This document shows positions 49,185 through 58,888 of a DNA stretch of 64,000 bases, piece by piece. The stretch covers positions 14,412 to 78,411 of the forward strand of contig JAFPAQ010000143.1 of NCBI GenBank assembly GCA_017424235.1, in the 5' to 3' direction. Each line of letters starts with the position of its first letter. Within the stretch, counting starts at the first letter, position 1. The position numbers and the translations under genes are program-made. This stretch comes from Lachnospiraceae bacterium (GTDB lineage: Bacteria; Bacillota; Clostridia; Lachnospirales; Lachnospiraceae). The notes beneath the pieces are model-generated. The model saw nothing but the letters and a program-made list of their open reading frames with translations. It did no database searches and was not told the origin of the DNA.

Positions 49185-50621
49185 ATGTCAGAAATCGTAA
49201 AGAAACCTGTTGGAATTACTGAAACAGTTCTTCGTGATTCACATCAGTCATTGATTGCAACAAGAATGCCAACCGAGCTTATGCTCCCAATTCTTGAGAC
49301 AATGGATAAAGTTGGATATCATTCATTAGAATGTTGGGGTGGAGCAACATTTGATGCATCACTCAGATTCTTAAAGGAAGATCCATGGAGCAGATTGAGA
49401 AAAATCAGAGACAAGGTTAAAAATACTAAGTTACAGATGTTATTCAGAGGACAGAATATTCTTGGATATCGTCATTATGCAGATGATGTTGTTACAGAGT
49501 TTGTTGAGAAATCTATTGCAAATGGTATTGATATAATCAGAATTTTTGACTGCTTCAATGATCTTAGAAATTTACAGTGTGCTGTAAATGCTGCTAATGC
49601 AGTTAAAAAGAGAGAGGGCAGAGGTGAAGCACAGATAGCTCTTTCTTATACATTAGGTGATGCATATACCCTTGATTATTGGATGAAGATGGCAAAAGAC
49701 ATAGAGGAGATGGGAGCTGACTCTATTTGTATTAAAGATATGGCAGGTCTTTTGGTTCCATATAAGGCTGAAGAATTAGTTAAGGCAATGAAATCAGCTA
49801 CCAAGCTTCCTATTCAGCTTCATACACACTATACATCAGGCGTTGCTTCAATGACATACTTAAAGGCAGTTGAAGCAGGTGTGGATGTTATCGACTGTGC
49901 TATTTCACCGTTTGCGTTAGGAACATCACAGCCGGCAACAGAAGTTATGGTAGAAACATTCAAGGGTACACCATATGATACAGGATATGACCAGAAGCTT
50001 TTAGCTGAAATTGCTGATCATTTCAGACCATACAGAGAAGAATGTTTAAAGAGCGGTCTTCTTAATCCTAAGGTACTTGGTGTTGACATAAAGACTCTTA
50101 TGTATCAGGTACCAGGTGGTATGTTATCAAACATGGTAAGCCAGTTAAAAGAGCAGAATGCTGAAGATAAGTATTATGAAGTTCTTCAGGAGATTCCAAG
50201 AGTTCGTAAAGACTTGGGTGAGCCACCTCTTGTTACTCCTTCATCACAGATCGTTGGTACACAGGCTGTATTTAATGTTCTCATGGGTGAAAGATATAAG
50301 ATGGCAACAAAAGAAACAAAAGCAGTTCTTCGTGGTGAGTATGGTCAGACAGTAAAACCTTTCAACAAAGAGGTTCAGGATAAGGTTCTCTCAGCAGAGG
50401 AGAAACAGAATATTATTACATGTCGTCCGGCTGATAAGCTTCCTAACGAGTTAAAGAAGATTGAGGAAGAAATGAAAGAATGGAAACAGCAGGATGAAGA
50501 CGTATTATCATATGCGTTATTCCCACAGGTTGCAACTGATTTCTTCAAGTATCGTCAGGCACAGCAGGATAAGGTTGATATGACTCAGGCAGATACAAAG
50601 AACGGTGCATACCCAGTTTAA
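49185..50621 (+). CDS. oadA: Oxaloacetate decarboxylase alpha / 5S-type carboxyltransferase (no biotin domain)
   Basis: LRDSHQSL, WGGATFD, IKDMAG, LHTH, QVPGGM, PLVTPSSQIVG. Confidence 0.92.
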   Translation: MSEIVKKPVGITETVLRDSHQSLIATRMPTELMLPILETMDKVGYHSLECWGGATFDASLRFLKEDPWSRLRKIRDKVKNTKLQMLFRGQNILGYRHYADDVVTEFVEKSIANGIDIIRIFDCFNDLRNLQCAVNAANAVKKREGRGEAQIALSYTLGDAYTLDYWMKMAKDIEEMGADSICIKDMAGLLVPYKAEELVKAMKSATKLPIQLHTHYTSGVASMTYLKAVEAGVDVIDCAISPFALGTSQPATEVMVETFKGTPYDTGYDQKLLAEIADHFRPYREECLKSGLLNPKVLGVDIKTLMYQVPGGMLSNMVSQLKEQNAEDKYYEVLQEIPRVRKDLGEPPLVTPSSQIVGTQAVFNVLMGERYKMATKETKAVLRGEYGQTVKPFNKEVQDKVLSAEEKQNIITCRPADKLPNELKKIEEEMKEWKQQDEDVLSYALFPQVATDFFKYRQAQQDKVDMTQADTKNGAYPV

Positions 50622-50636
50622 TTACAGATTAAAAAA

Positions 50637-50668
50637 AGTATCGGGTTGTAAAGACCCGATACTATTTT
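50637..50668 (+). terminator. Intrinsic terminator of the decarboxylase operon
   Basis: AGTATCGGGT...ACCCGATACT followed by ATTTT. Confidence 0.75.
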
Positions 50669-50687
50669 AGTCAAATGGAGGTTGCCA

Positions 50688-51233
50688 ATGGCAAGAAAAG
50701 AACAGATTACCAAAGAGATGATATTGAATACTGCATTTGATTTGACTAGAAAAGAAGGTATTGACAACGTTACTGCCAGAAAGTTAGCGGCAGAAATCGG
50801 TTGTTCTACTCAACCTATTTTCAGAGTATATGCTAATATGAATGAGCTTTATTCAGAGATATATCAAAAAGCAATAGATGCATTTGGAGAATATTATGAA
50901 AACTTTGAGTCAAAGATGGATACTCCATTTATACATTTAGGACTTGCTTATATAAATTATGCAAAGGAAGAGCGTAAATTATTTCAGTTACTTTTCCAGT
51001 CAGATGACAGAGGTGATATTAGTTTATATGAGCTTTTGAATGGTCAAGTTGGAGCTGTAAGTAAGGAAATCAGCAAAGCTGCAGCTGCCGGTTGTAAAAA
51101 TCCAAGTGGATTGTTTATGAAAATGTGGATTTTTATTCATGGTTGTGCATGTATGGTACTTACTGGTGATTATGATCTTACTGAAGAAGAAACAATTGAT
51201 TTATTGCAGGATATGTACAAGAGCTGTTCATAA
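50688..51233 (+). CDS. TetR/AcrR family regulator (WHG-type C-terminus)
   Basis: EGIDNVTARKLAAEIGCSTQPIF HTH; MWIFIHG. Confidence 0.92.
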   Translation: MARKEQITKEMILNTAFDLTRKEGIDNVTARKLAAEIGCSTQPIFRVYANMNELYSEIYQKAIDAFGEYYENFESKMDTPFIHLGLAYINYAKEERKLFQLLFQSDDRGDISLYELLNGQVGAVSKEISKAAAAGCKNPSGLFMKMWIFIHGCACMVLTGDYDLTEEETIDLLQDMYKSCS

Positions 51234-51251
51234 TCAATAAAAATTTTTTAC

Positions 51252-51290
51252 AGAGGCAGGTAATTAATGGACCTGCTTCTTCTTTGCTTT
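51252..51290 (+). terminator. Probable terminator
   Basis: AGAGGCAGGT...ACCTGCTTCT followed by TCTTT. Confidence 0.55.
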
Positions 51291-51362
51291 ATGATGATGT
51301 ACTATCAGAAGTCCATCTGAAAAGATTTCGAGAGTACAGGATGTATCAATGGAGGATAATTA

Positions 51363-52310
51363 ATGGATTTTTTAATGGATATGCAATATGATGCGATTTC
51401 CAGAATAAATGAAAGATTTCATAAAATGAGTAAAAGTCATAAAAAGGTGGCAGCATATGTTATTGATCATTATGAAAATGCAGCTTTTATGACTGCATCA
51501 AAGCTTGGAAATGTAGTTGGAGTAAGTGAGTCTACTATTGTAAGATTTGCCTATGCGCTTGGCTATAAAGGATATCCTGAATTTCAGGATGCTTTATCAG
51601 AATGGGTAAAAAATAAACTTAATTATGTACAGAAAATGGGAGTTAAATATGGTAAAAGCTCTCAGTCTGAGATACTTACTTCGGTTATGAATTCAGATAA
51701 AGAAAAAATTGATGATACATTGGAACATTTAGATCCTCAGGCATTTGAGACAGCAATAAATGCAATATACAAAGCAAAGCATGTATATGTAGTGGGAATG
51801 AGAAGCTGTAAGCCCCTTGCAGATTTACTAAGCTTTTATCTTAATATTATAAGAGAAGATGTAATCAATATTAATACAACAAGCACCACAGAATTTTTTG
51901 AACAAATGATAAGAATTAATTCAGATGATGTTCTTATTGGTATAAGCTTTCCACGATATTCAATGAGAACTTTGAAAGCAATGGAATTTGCAAATGACAG
52001 AAATGCAAGAGTAATATCTATTACGGATACGATTCATTCGCCAATGTGTCTTTATTCATCATGCAATCTTCTTGCAAGAAGTGAGATGGTGTCAATTGTA
52101 GATTCTCTGGTTGCACCACTTAGTTTGATAAATGCAATAGTAGTTTCATTATGTATGAGATCTCCAAGTGATGTAAAGAAAACACTTGAAGACTTGGAGT
52201 ATACATGGGATAATTATCAGGTATACTTAAGAGATGAAATTAATTTTTTTGATGAAGAAATGTTTGCTACTCCACTTCAGGAGCAAATAGAGCGAAAAAG
52301 GAAAAAGTAA
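51363..52310 (+). CDS. MurR/RpiR family regulator (HTH + SIS)
   Basis: VGVSESTIVRFAYALGYKGYPEFQ; GISFPRYS; ISITD. Confidence 0.93.
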   Translation: MDFLMDMQYDAISRINERFHKMSKSHKKVAAYVIDHYENAAFMTASKLGNVVGVSESTIVRFAYALGYKGYPEFQDALSEWVKNKLNYVQKMGVKYGKSSQSEILTSVMNSDKEKIDDTLEHLDPQAFETAINAIYKAKHVYVVGMRSCKPLADLLSFYLNIIREDVININTTSTTEFFEQMIRINSDDVLIGISFPRYSMRTLKAMEFANDRNARVISITDTIHSPMCLYSSCNLLARSEMVSIVDSLVAPLSLINAIVVSLCMRSPSDVKKTLEDLEYTWDNYQVYLRDEINFFDEEMFATPLQEQIERKRKK

Positions 52311-53719
52311 TGTCAGAAATAATCGTAATAGGCGGTGGAGCCGCGGGTATGATGGCTGCCATAGTAGCAGCCCAAGAAGGCAATGATGTAACATTAATAG
52401 AAAAAAATGAAAAAGTTGGAAAGAAGATTTTTATTACAGGTAAAGGCAGATGTAATGTAACAAATGCCTGCGAAGTGGAAGAGTTATTTAATAATGTTTT
52501 AGAACATTCAAAGTTTTTATACAGTGCTATATACAGCTTTGATAATCATAGCGTTATGAAGTTTTTTGAAGATGCAGGCTGCAAACTTAAAACCGAGAGA
52601 GGACTCAGAGTTTTTCCACAATCAGATCATAGTTCAGATGTTATAAGGGCATTAGAAAATGAAATGGAAAAATGTGAGATTAAGGTTTTACTAAATACTG
52701 AGGTAAAAAAGCTTATAATTGAAGAATTAGAAAATAATATGACTTTGGATGGGGATACTATTGATGAAATAGATAATAATGAAAAGTCAAATGATGATAA
52801 ATACAGTAAAAAGAAGACAAAAAAGGAATCAGTAAAAAAGAAATTGAAGCAAAATGCTGTAATTAAAGGTGTAGAATTTGTAGAACGGTATACAGGAAAA
52901 AAAGGCAAAATGAGTGCTGACAGTGTTATTATTGCAACTGGTGGTATATCATATGTATTAACCGGTTCAACAGGAGATGGGCTTGCTTTTGCCAAGGAGT
53001 GCGGCCATAGTATTACCAGGCTTTCACCAGCACTTGTACCATTTACAGTTGAAGAAAAATGGTGTAGTAGTCTTCAGGGACTTTCTCTTAGAAATGTTAC
53101 TGCTACAGTTAATTTCAGAGGAAAGGCCATTTACTCTGAGTTAGGAGAAATGCTATTTACTCATTATGGAGTAAGTGGACCTTTGATGTTAAGTGCAAGC
53201 AGTTATTATGTGCATGCGATTAATAAGTTGTATAAGAAACACAAAGATAATATAAATAATGAAGATTTGTCAGCTGAATTGTTTATTGATCTTAAACCGG
53301 GGTTGACTTTGGAACAGTTGGATAAAAGAGTTCTAAGAGAGTTTGATGAAAATAAGAACAAGCAATTTAAAAATGCCATAAGCTCTCTGTTTCCTTCAAA
53401 GCTGATACCAATAATGCCGGTTTTGGCGGGTATAGATGCAGACAAAAAGGTTAATGAAATAACCAAAGAAGAACGAGAGCAGTTTGTATATCTTATAAAA
53501 AATCTAAAACTTACACTGAATGGAATAAGAGATTATAATGAAGCTATAATTACCAGTGGTGGAGTTTCCGTAGATGAAGTAAATCCATCAACTATGGAGT
53601 CAAAAATTGTAAAAAATCTGTATTTTGCAGGTGAAGTATTGGATTTGGATGCACTTACAGGTGGTTTTAACCTTCAGATAGCCTGGTCCACAGGATATCT
53701 TGCCGGTAAAAATGTATAG
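52310..53719 (+). CDS. HI0933/BaiN family flavoprotein
   Basis: GGGAAGM, GKGRCNVTN, ATGG..GSTGDG, LFTHYGVSGP, TGGFNLQIA. Confidence 0.93.
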   Translation: MSEIIVIGGGAAGMMAAIVAAQEGNDVTLIEKNEKVGKKIFITGKGRCNVTNACEVEELFNNVLEHSKFLYSAIYSFDNHSVMKFFEDAGCKLKTERGLRVFPQSDHSSDVIRALENEMEKCEIKVLLNTEVKKLIIEELENNMTLDGDTIDEIDNNEKSNDDKYSKKKTKKESVKKKLKQNAVIKGVEFVERYTGKKGKMSADSVIIATGGISYVLTGSTGDGLAFAKECGHSITRLSPALVPFTVEEKWCSSLQGLSLRNVTATVNFRGKAIYSELGEMLFTHYGVSGPLMLSASSYYVHAINKLYKKHKDNINNEDLSAELFIDLKPGLTLEQLDKRVLREFDENKNKQFKNAISSLFPSKLIPIMPVLAGIDADKKVNEITKEEREQFVYLIKNLKLTLNGIRDYNEAIITSGGVSVDEVNPSTMESKIVKNLYFAGEVLDLDALTGGFNLQIAWSTGYLAGKNV

Positions 53720-53750
53720 ATAAATATAATTAAAGGAAATGGTGATTAAT

Positions 53751-54407
53751 ATGAGTTATAGTATAGCAATAGATGGACCTGCAGGAGCGGGAAAGAGCAC
53801 AATTGCAAAGTTGATTGCTAAGAAAAAAGGATATATTTATGTTGATACTGGTGCAATGTACAGAGCAATGGCACTATATTTCATAGAGTCAGGAATCAGC
53901 TCAGAGGATTCGGCTGCCATAAGTGCAGCTTCTAAGGACGTTGATGTTACTATAAAATATGAGAATGGTGAGCAGATAGTATTTCTTAATGGAAGAAATG
54001 TTAATGGACTTATTAGACAGGAAGAGGTAGGAAAGATGGCTTCCTGTAGCAGTGCAAATAAAGATGTGCGCGAAAAGCTTGTAGAACTCCAAAGAGCACT
54101 TGCAAATAAGGAAAGTGTTGTAATGGATGGAAGAGATATTGGCACTTGTGTATTGCCAAATGCAGACGTAAAAGTATATCTTACAGCAAGCAGTCATGTC
54201 AGAGCAAAAAGACGTTACGAAGAGCTTAAAGCAAAAAATATTGAATGTGATATTGAGACGATTGAAAAAGATATTATTGACCGCGATTATCAGGATATGA
54301 ACAGGGAAATATCTCCACTTAAGCAGGCTCCGGATGCAGTTCTTTTAGATTCTTCAGATATGACTATTGAACAGGTTGCTGATGCAATCATTGATTTATG
54401 TAAATAG
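53751..54407 (+). CDS. cmk: Cytidylate kinase
   Basis: IAIDGPAGAGKST, DTGAMYR, DGRDIGT. Confidence 0.97.
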   Translation: MSYSIAIDGPAGAGKSTIAKLIAKKKGYIYVDTGAMYRAMALYFIESGISSEDSAAISAASKDVDVTIKYENGEQIVFLNGRNVNGLIRQEEVGKMASCSSANKDVREKLVELQRALANKESVVMDGRDIGTCVLPNADVKVYLTASSHVRAKRRYEELKAKNIECDIETIEKDIIDRDYQDMNREISPLKQAPDAVLLDSSDMTIEQVADAIIDLCK

Positions 54408-54419
54408 GAGGAACTGGAT

Positions 54420-55271
54420 TTGGAAGTTGTTTTAGCAAAGTCATCAGGCTTTTGTTTTGGTGTTAAAAGAGCAGTAGATAAAGTTTATGAACAGACAAAA
54501 ACAGAAGGAAAGAAAATATATACCTATGGTCCTATAATACATAATGAAGAAGTTGTTAAGGATTTGGAAGAAAAAGGTGTAGTAGTGATAAATGATAAGG
54601 ATGAGTTGGCCAATACACATGAAGGCTGTGTTGTTATCCGTTCACATGGTGTTTCTAAAGACATTTATGAACTGATTGAACAAAATCATCTTGAATGTGT
54701 AGATGCCACATGTCCATTTGTTAAGCGAATTCATAATATAGTTGAAAAAGAATCTGCAAATGGCAGAAAAATAATAATAATTGGAAATGATGGACATCCT
54801 GAAGTTGAAGGAATAAAGGGATGGTCAAAAACACCAGCCTGTGTTATAGAGTCAAAGGATGAGGCTGAAAAATTTACAACAGATAAAGATGAAAAGCTTT
54901 GTATTGTTTCGCAAACGACATTTAATTACAAGAAATTTAAAGATTTAGTTGAAATTTTTGAAAAAAAAGGTTATGATATTATTGTTGCGAATACTATATG
55001 TAACGCAACAGAGGAACGTCAGCGTGAAGCGCTCGAATTGGCCGCAAAAGCAGACGTTATGATTGTGATAGGTGGTACTCACAGTTCCAATACACGTAAG
55101 CTTTATGAACTTTGCAAAAGTGAATGTGAGCATACTTATTATATACAAACACTGGCAGACCTGCAATTAGAATTACCTAATTCTGTAGAACTAGTGGGCA
55201 TCACAGCGGGGGCTTCTACCCCAAACAAAATAATTGAGGAGGTTCAAAATTATGTCAGAATTAACTTTTGA
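54420..55271 (+). CDS. ispH: 4-hydroxy-3-methylbut-2-enyl diphosphate reductase
   Basis: GFCFGVKRA, DATCP, TICNAT, SSNT, GITAGASTP. Confidence 0.96.
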   Translation: MEVVLAKSSGFCFGVKRAVDKVYEQTKTEGKKIYTYGPIIHNEEVVKDLEEKGVVVINDKDELANTHEGCVVIRSHGVSKDIYELIEQNHLECVDATCPFVKRIHNIVEKESANGRKIIIIGNDGHPEVEGIKGWSKTPACVIESKDEAEKFTTDKDEKLCIVSQTTFNYKKFKDLVEIFEKKGYDIIVANTICNATEERQREALELAAKADVMIVIGGTHSSNTRKLYELCKSECEHTYYIQTLADLQLELPNSVELVGITAGASTPNKIIEEVQNYVRINF

Positions 55272-56406
55272 ACAAATGTTAGAAGAATCATTAAAAACTA
55301 TTCATACAGGAGAGGTAATTGAAGGTACAGTCATCGATGTTAAGCCTGATGAAATCATCCTTAACATTGGCTATAAGTCAGACGGTATTCTTACACGCAA
55401 CGAATACACAAATGAGCCAAACGTAAACCTTACAACTATCGTAAATCCTGGGGATAAGATGGAAGTTAAGGTTCTTAAAGTAAATGATGGTGAGGGACAG
55501 GTTCTCCTTACTTACAAGAGACTTGCTGCTGACAGAGGCAACAAGAGAATTGAAGAAGCTTTCAATAATAAGGAAGTTTTAACAGCAAAGGTTTCTCAGG
55601 TATTAGATGGCGGATTAAGTGTAGTAGTTGATGAAGTCAGAATCTTTATCCCAGCTAGCTTAGTTTCAGATGTATATGAGAAAGATTTAAGCAAATATGC
55701 AGGACAGGAAATCGAATTCGTAATTAGCGAGTATAATCCTAAGAGAAGAAGATATATCGGTGACCGCAAGCAGCTTATCGTAGCTAAGAAAGCAGAGATG
55801 CAGAAAGAGTTATTTGAGAAGATTAAAGCTGGAGATATCGTTGAAGGAACAGTTAAGAATGTTACTGATTTCGGTGCGTTTATCGATCTTGGTGGAGTAG
55901 ACGGATTACTTCATATCTCAGAAATGTCTTGGGGACGTGTTGAAAGTCCTAAGAAAGTATTCAAGGTTGGCGAGACATTAAAGGTATTAATCAAAGATAT
56001 TGATGGAACAAAGGTTGCTTTATCTCTTAAATTTGATGATTCTAACCCATGGAAAGATGCAGCTACAAAGTATGCAGTAGGAAACGAAGTAACTGGTAAA
56101 GTTGCCAGAATGACAGACTTCGGTGCTTTTGTTGAACTTGAGCCAGGAATTGATGCATTACTTCATGTTTCTCAGATTGCTAAAGAACACATTGAAAAAC
56201 CTTCAGATGTATTATCGGTTGAACAGGTTGTTACAGCTAAGGTTGTAGATTTCAATGAGGAAGGAAAGAAGATTAGCCTTTCAATCAAAGCTTTACTTGT
56301 ACCTGAAGTAAAAGAAGCTCCAGTTGAAGCGAAAGCAGATGATGCAGATGTTGTATCTGTAGATATTGATGCTGTTATAGCAAAACAGGAATCAGAAGAA
56401 GAGTAA
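55252..56406 (+). CDS. rpsA: 30S ribosomal protein S1 (four S1 domains)
   Basis: FGAFIDLGGVDGLLHISE, FGAFVELEPGIDALLHVSQ; SD gaggagg before ATG 55252. Confidence 0.95.
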   Translation: MSELTFEQMLEESLKTIHTGEVIEGTVIDVKPDEIILNIGYKSDGILTRNEYTNEPNVNLTTIVNPGDKMEVKVLKVNDGEGQVLLTYKRLAADRGNKRIEEAFNNKEVLTAKVSQVLDGGLSVVVDEVRIFIPASLVSDVYEKDLSKYAGQEIEFVISEYNPKRRRYIGDRKQLIVAKKAEMQKELFEKIKAGDIVEGTVKNVTDFGAFIDLGGVDGLLHISEMSWGRVESPKKVFKVGETLKVLIKDIDGTKVALSLKFDDSNPWKDAATKYAVGNEVTGKVARMTDFGAFVELEPGIDALLHVSQIAKEHIEKPSDVLSVEQVVTAKVVDFNEEGKKISLSIKALLVPEVKEAPVEAKADDADVVSVDIDAVIAKQESEEE

Positions 56407-56449
56407 TCTTTTTAAGATTTAGATATTAAATTTTACAATTAATATAAGT

Positions 56450-56490
56450 TAAGCTCTAAGAATAGTTATATTCTTAGAGCTTATTTATTT
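56450..56490 (+). terminator. Intrinsic terminator after rpsA
   Basis: 15-bp stem TAAGCTCTAAGAATA/TATTCTTAGAGCTTA followed by a T-rich tail. Confidence 0.8.
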
Positions 56491-56620
56491 GTTTATTGTC
56501 AATACTTGATTTGTCATAAAATTGTATGATATAATATGATAATAATATACGAATTCAGATTATTCAGAGACAAGAAAAACTGTATTAATATTCTGTTACC
56601 ATTGCAGAAAGGGGTTTATT

Positions 56621-57400
56621 ATGGCTTACGATTATGAATACTTTAAAAGGGAAGTATATACACTTACAAAGATTGATTTAAATGCATACAAAGAAAAGCA
56701 GATGAAGCGTCGTATTGATACACTTATATCAAAACATAAGATAGTTGGATATGATAAGTTTGTTGCCAAATTAAGAGATGACAAAGTAGTATTTGATGAT
56801 TTTGTTAATTATCTTACTATTAATGTTTCTGAATTTTACAGAAATCCTGAACAGTGGGAACTTATGGATAAGACAATAATACCTGAACTTATTACAAAAT
56901 TTGGTAAGAATCTTAAAGTGTGGAGTGCAGCATGTTCTACAGGAGATGAACCTTATTCTTTGGTTATGGCATTGTCAAGGCATATTCCATTAAATCAGAT
57001 TAATATTATTGCAACAGATATTGATAAGCAGGTAATTGAAAAGGCCAAGACAGGTTTATATAGTGAAAAGAGTATTGCTTCTGTTCCTGATGACTTTAAG
57101 AAAAAATATTTCACTAAGGTGGGACCATCTTATAAAATTTCAGACGAGATTAAATCAAGAGTTCAATTTAAACAGCACAATCTGTTAAAGGATTCATATC
57201 CGGATAAATGTGATTTGATTGTTTGCCGTAATGTATTGATCTATTTTACGGAAGAAGCAAAGAATGATGTATTCTGTAAATTTAATTCATCCCTTAAGAG
57301 TGGAGGTATTTTATTTATTGGAAGTACAGAGCAGATTATGAATTACAAAGAAATAAATTATGAGAGAAAAAATTCATTTTTCTATGTAAAGTCAAAATAG
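56621..57400 (+). CDS. cheR: Chemotaxis protein methyltransferase
   Basis: TINVSEFYR, WSAACSTGDEPYS, ATDID, CRNVLIYF. Confidence 0.95.
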   Translation: MAYDYEYFKREVYTLTKIDLNAYKEKQMKRRIDTLISKHKIVGYDKFVAKLRDDKVVFDDFVNYLTINVSEFYRNPEQWELMDKTIIPELITKFGKNLKVWSAACSTGDEPYSLVMALSRHIPLNQINIIATDIDKQVIEKAKTGLYSEKSIASVPDDFKKKYFTKVGPSYKISDEIKSRVQFKQHNLLKDSYPDKCDLIVCRNVLIYFTEEAKNDVFCKFNSSLKSGGILFIGSTEQIMNYKEINYERKNSFFYVKSK

Positions 57401-57442
57401 AACCAAGGATATCGTTATGCGATATCCTTGGTTCTATTTTGA
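57392..57442. terminator. Bidirectional terminator, 23-bp perfect stem
   Basis: TCAAAATAGAACCAAGGATATCG-ttatg-CGATATCCTTGGTTCTATTTTGA between convergent genes. Confidence 0.85.
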
Positions 57443-57449
57443 TTTAGTA

Positions 57450-58571
57450 TTAATCAGTATTTTTGTCTAATGCCATCATTTCAAGAACATGATGTGCATA
57501 TAGATTGAAAGCTTCTCTTTGAGTTTTGAATTCATCTGTAAGTTCAAAAAATAGTTCTTTATCATTATAGTTTCTTTTATAGAAAGGTGTGAAAACAGTA
57601 TTCCATTGTGGAAGAAAAGAAGCTTTTTTGCGGGTATAGCAGTTAGAAGCCTTAGCCTGTTCACGATATTCTTTGTCAACATAAGAGGCAACAGACTTAT
57701 GTATTGCGACATCTTCTTTTGGTAAATAGTAATAATTCTTATAATTAGAATAAAAATACTTCATTTCCTCATCAAATACAGGAACTCTAAGTTTGCCTTC
57801 AAATCCGTTTCCGATAAAATAGCAGCCATTTGCACCATAAGATATTTCAGCAGGAAGTGGAGTTGTGAGCTTTATATTCATTATTATTTCGGAACACTGA
57901 TTGTTATTTATGTCATTATAAAAATTTGCATGAACCTTTTTTACTTTTACAGGAGTGTTGAAAAGATCGGGTATTGCCAATGCAGAAATGATTTCTAACA
58001 TTCCTTTTATGTCGTCTGCGTTGTGAAGCAAAAGCAGTTTTTCTTTCTCTTCATCATGAGATAGAACATACTCATGATATATATCAATTAATTCTCTTCC
58101 TGAATATTCATCAGTTCTTTTAGAACTTACATAATTTTCAATAGTTTTTTGTTTGAAATTTGGTAATTTTAATATTTTTTTATATGGAAGAAGTCTTTTG
58201 TAAATATCTATTCCTTCATAATTTTCAAAGTTAAAATTGATATGATATTGTTCCATTTTTTTTGAAAGATAAGGTATATCAAAGGTATTGCCATTAAAGT
58301 GAATAAGATATCTGTATTTCTTTGCAAACTCTGCAAATTCTTTTAATACATTTAGTTCATCATCATAATTAGTAGCTAACCATTGAATACTATTCCAACC
58401 TGAAGGAGCAGTAGTTTCATAATATATGCAACCTATCATATAAAGATTTGAACTTTGTGCGTAGAGACCTGTAGTTTCTATATCGATAAATAATGTCTGA
58501 TCTGGAATACAGAAATTTTCAATTGGGTAATTTGGCACCAATACACCAAGATTATTTTTAATACATTTCAT
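57450..58571 (-). CDS. RNase H-like 3'-5' exonuclease domain protein (YprB-like)
   Basis: FIDIETTGL, HFNGNTFDIPYL, LHNADDI (DEDD-type). Confidence 0.85.
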   Translation of the reverse strand: MKCIKNNLGVLVPNYPIENFCIPDQTLFIDIETTGLYAQSSNLYMIGCIYYETTAPSGWNSIQWLATNYDDELNVLKEFAEFAKKYRYLIHFNGNTFDIPYLSKKMEQYHINFNFENYEGIDIYKRLLPYKKILKLPNFKQKTIENYVSSKRTDEYSGRELIDIYHEYVLSHDEEKEKLLLLHNADDIKGMLEIISALAIPDLFNTPVKVKKVHANFYNDINNNQCSEIIMNIKLTTPLPAEISYGANGCYFIGNGFEGKLRVPVFDEEMKYFYSNYKNYYYLPKEDVAIHKSVASYVDKEYREQAKASNCYTRKKASFLPQWNTVFTPFYKRNYNDKELFFELTDEFKTQREAFNLYAHHVLEMMALDKNTD

Positions 58572-58643
58572 ACTTATGTACCTTAATTCTTAAGCTGGAT
58601 AGAAATACAAGCTGTAAGGATTCCTTTCTTTTTACGTTATAGG

Positions 58644-58668
58644 AAATTGCGACAGTGTAAACCATTTA
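58644..58668 (+). repeat. Direct repeat copy 1 (second copy at 59883-59907)
   Basis: AAATTGCGAcaGTgTAAACCATTTA vs AAATTGCGAttGTaTAAACCATTTA, 22/25 identical. Confidence 0.6.
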
Positions 58669-58888
58669 TTTTTTTATGCATTAAGATTAGAGTGTTAAAA
58701 GTAACTTACAAAAAAATTGATAAAAATTAGTAAGAAACTTTTGATATCCTAATACTATCTTATAATAAAGTAACACATACTAATAGTGGTGTCAAAAATA
58801 AAATATTTTTAAGGAATATACAATTTTAAAATAATCTGATAAAATTATATTTGTAATAAAATAAACAGATAAATATAAAAAAAGAAAG

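Noticed and set aside
52720-52860. Charged low-complexity insertion in the HI0933 flavoprotein
   Set aside because: No intein motifs; most likely a variable surface loop
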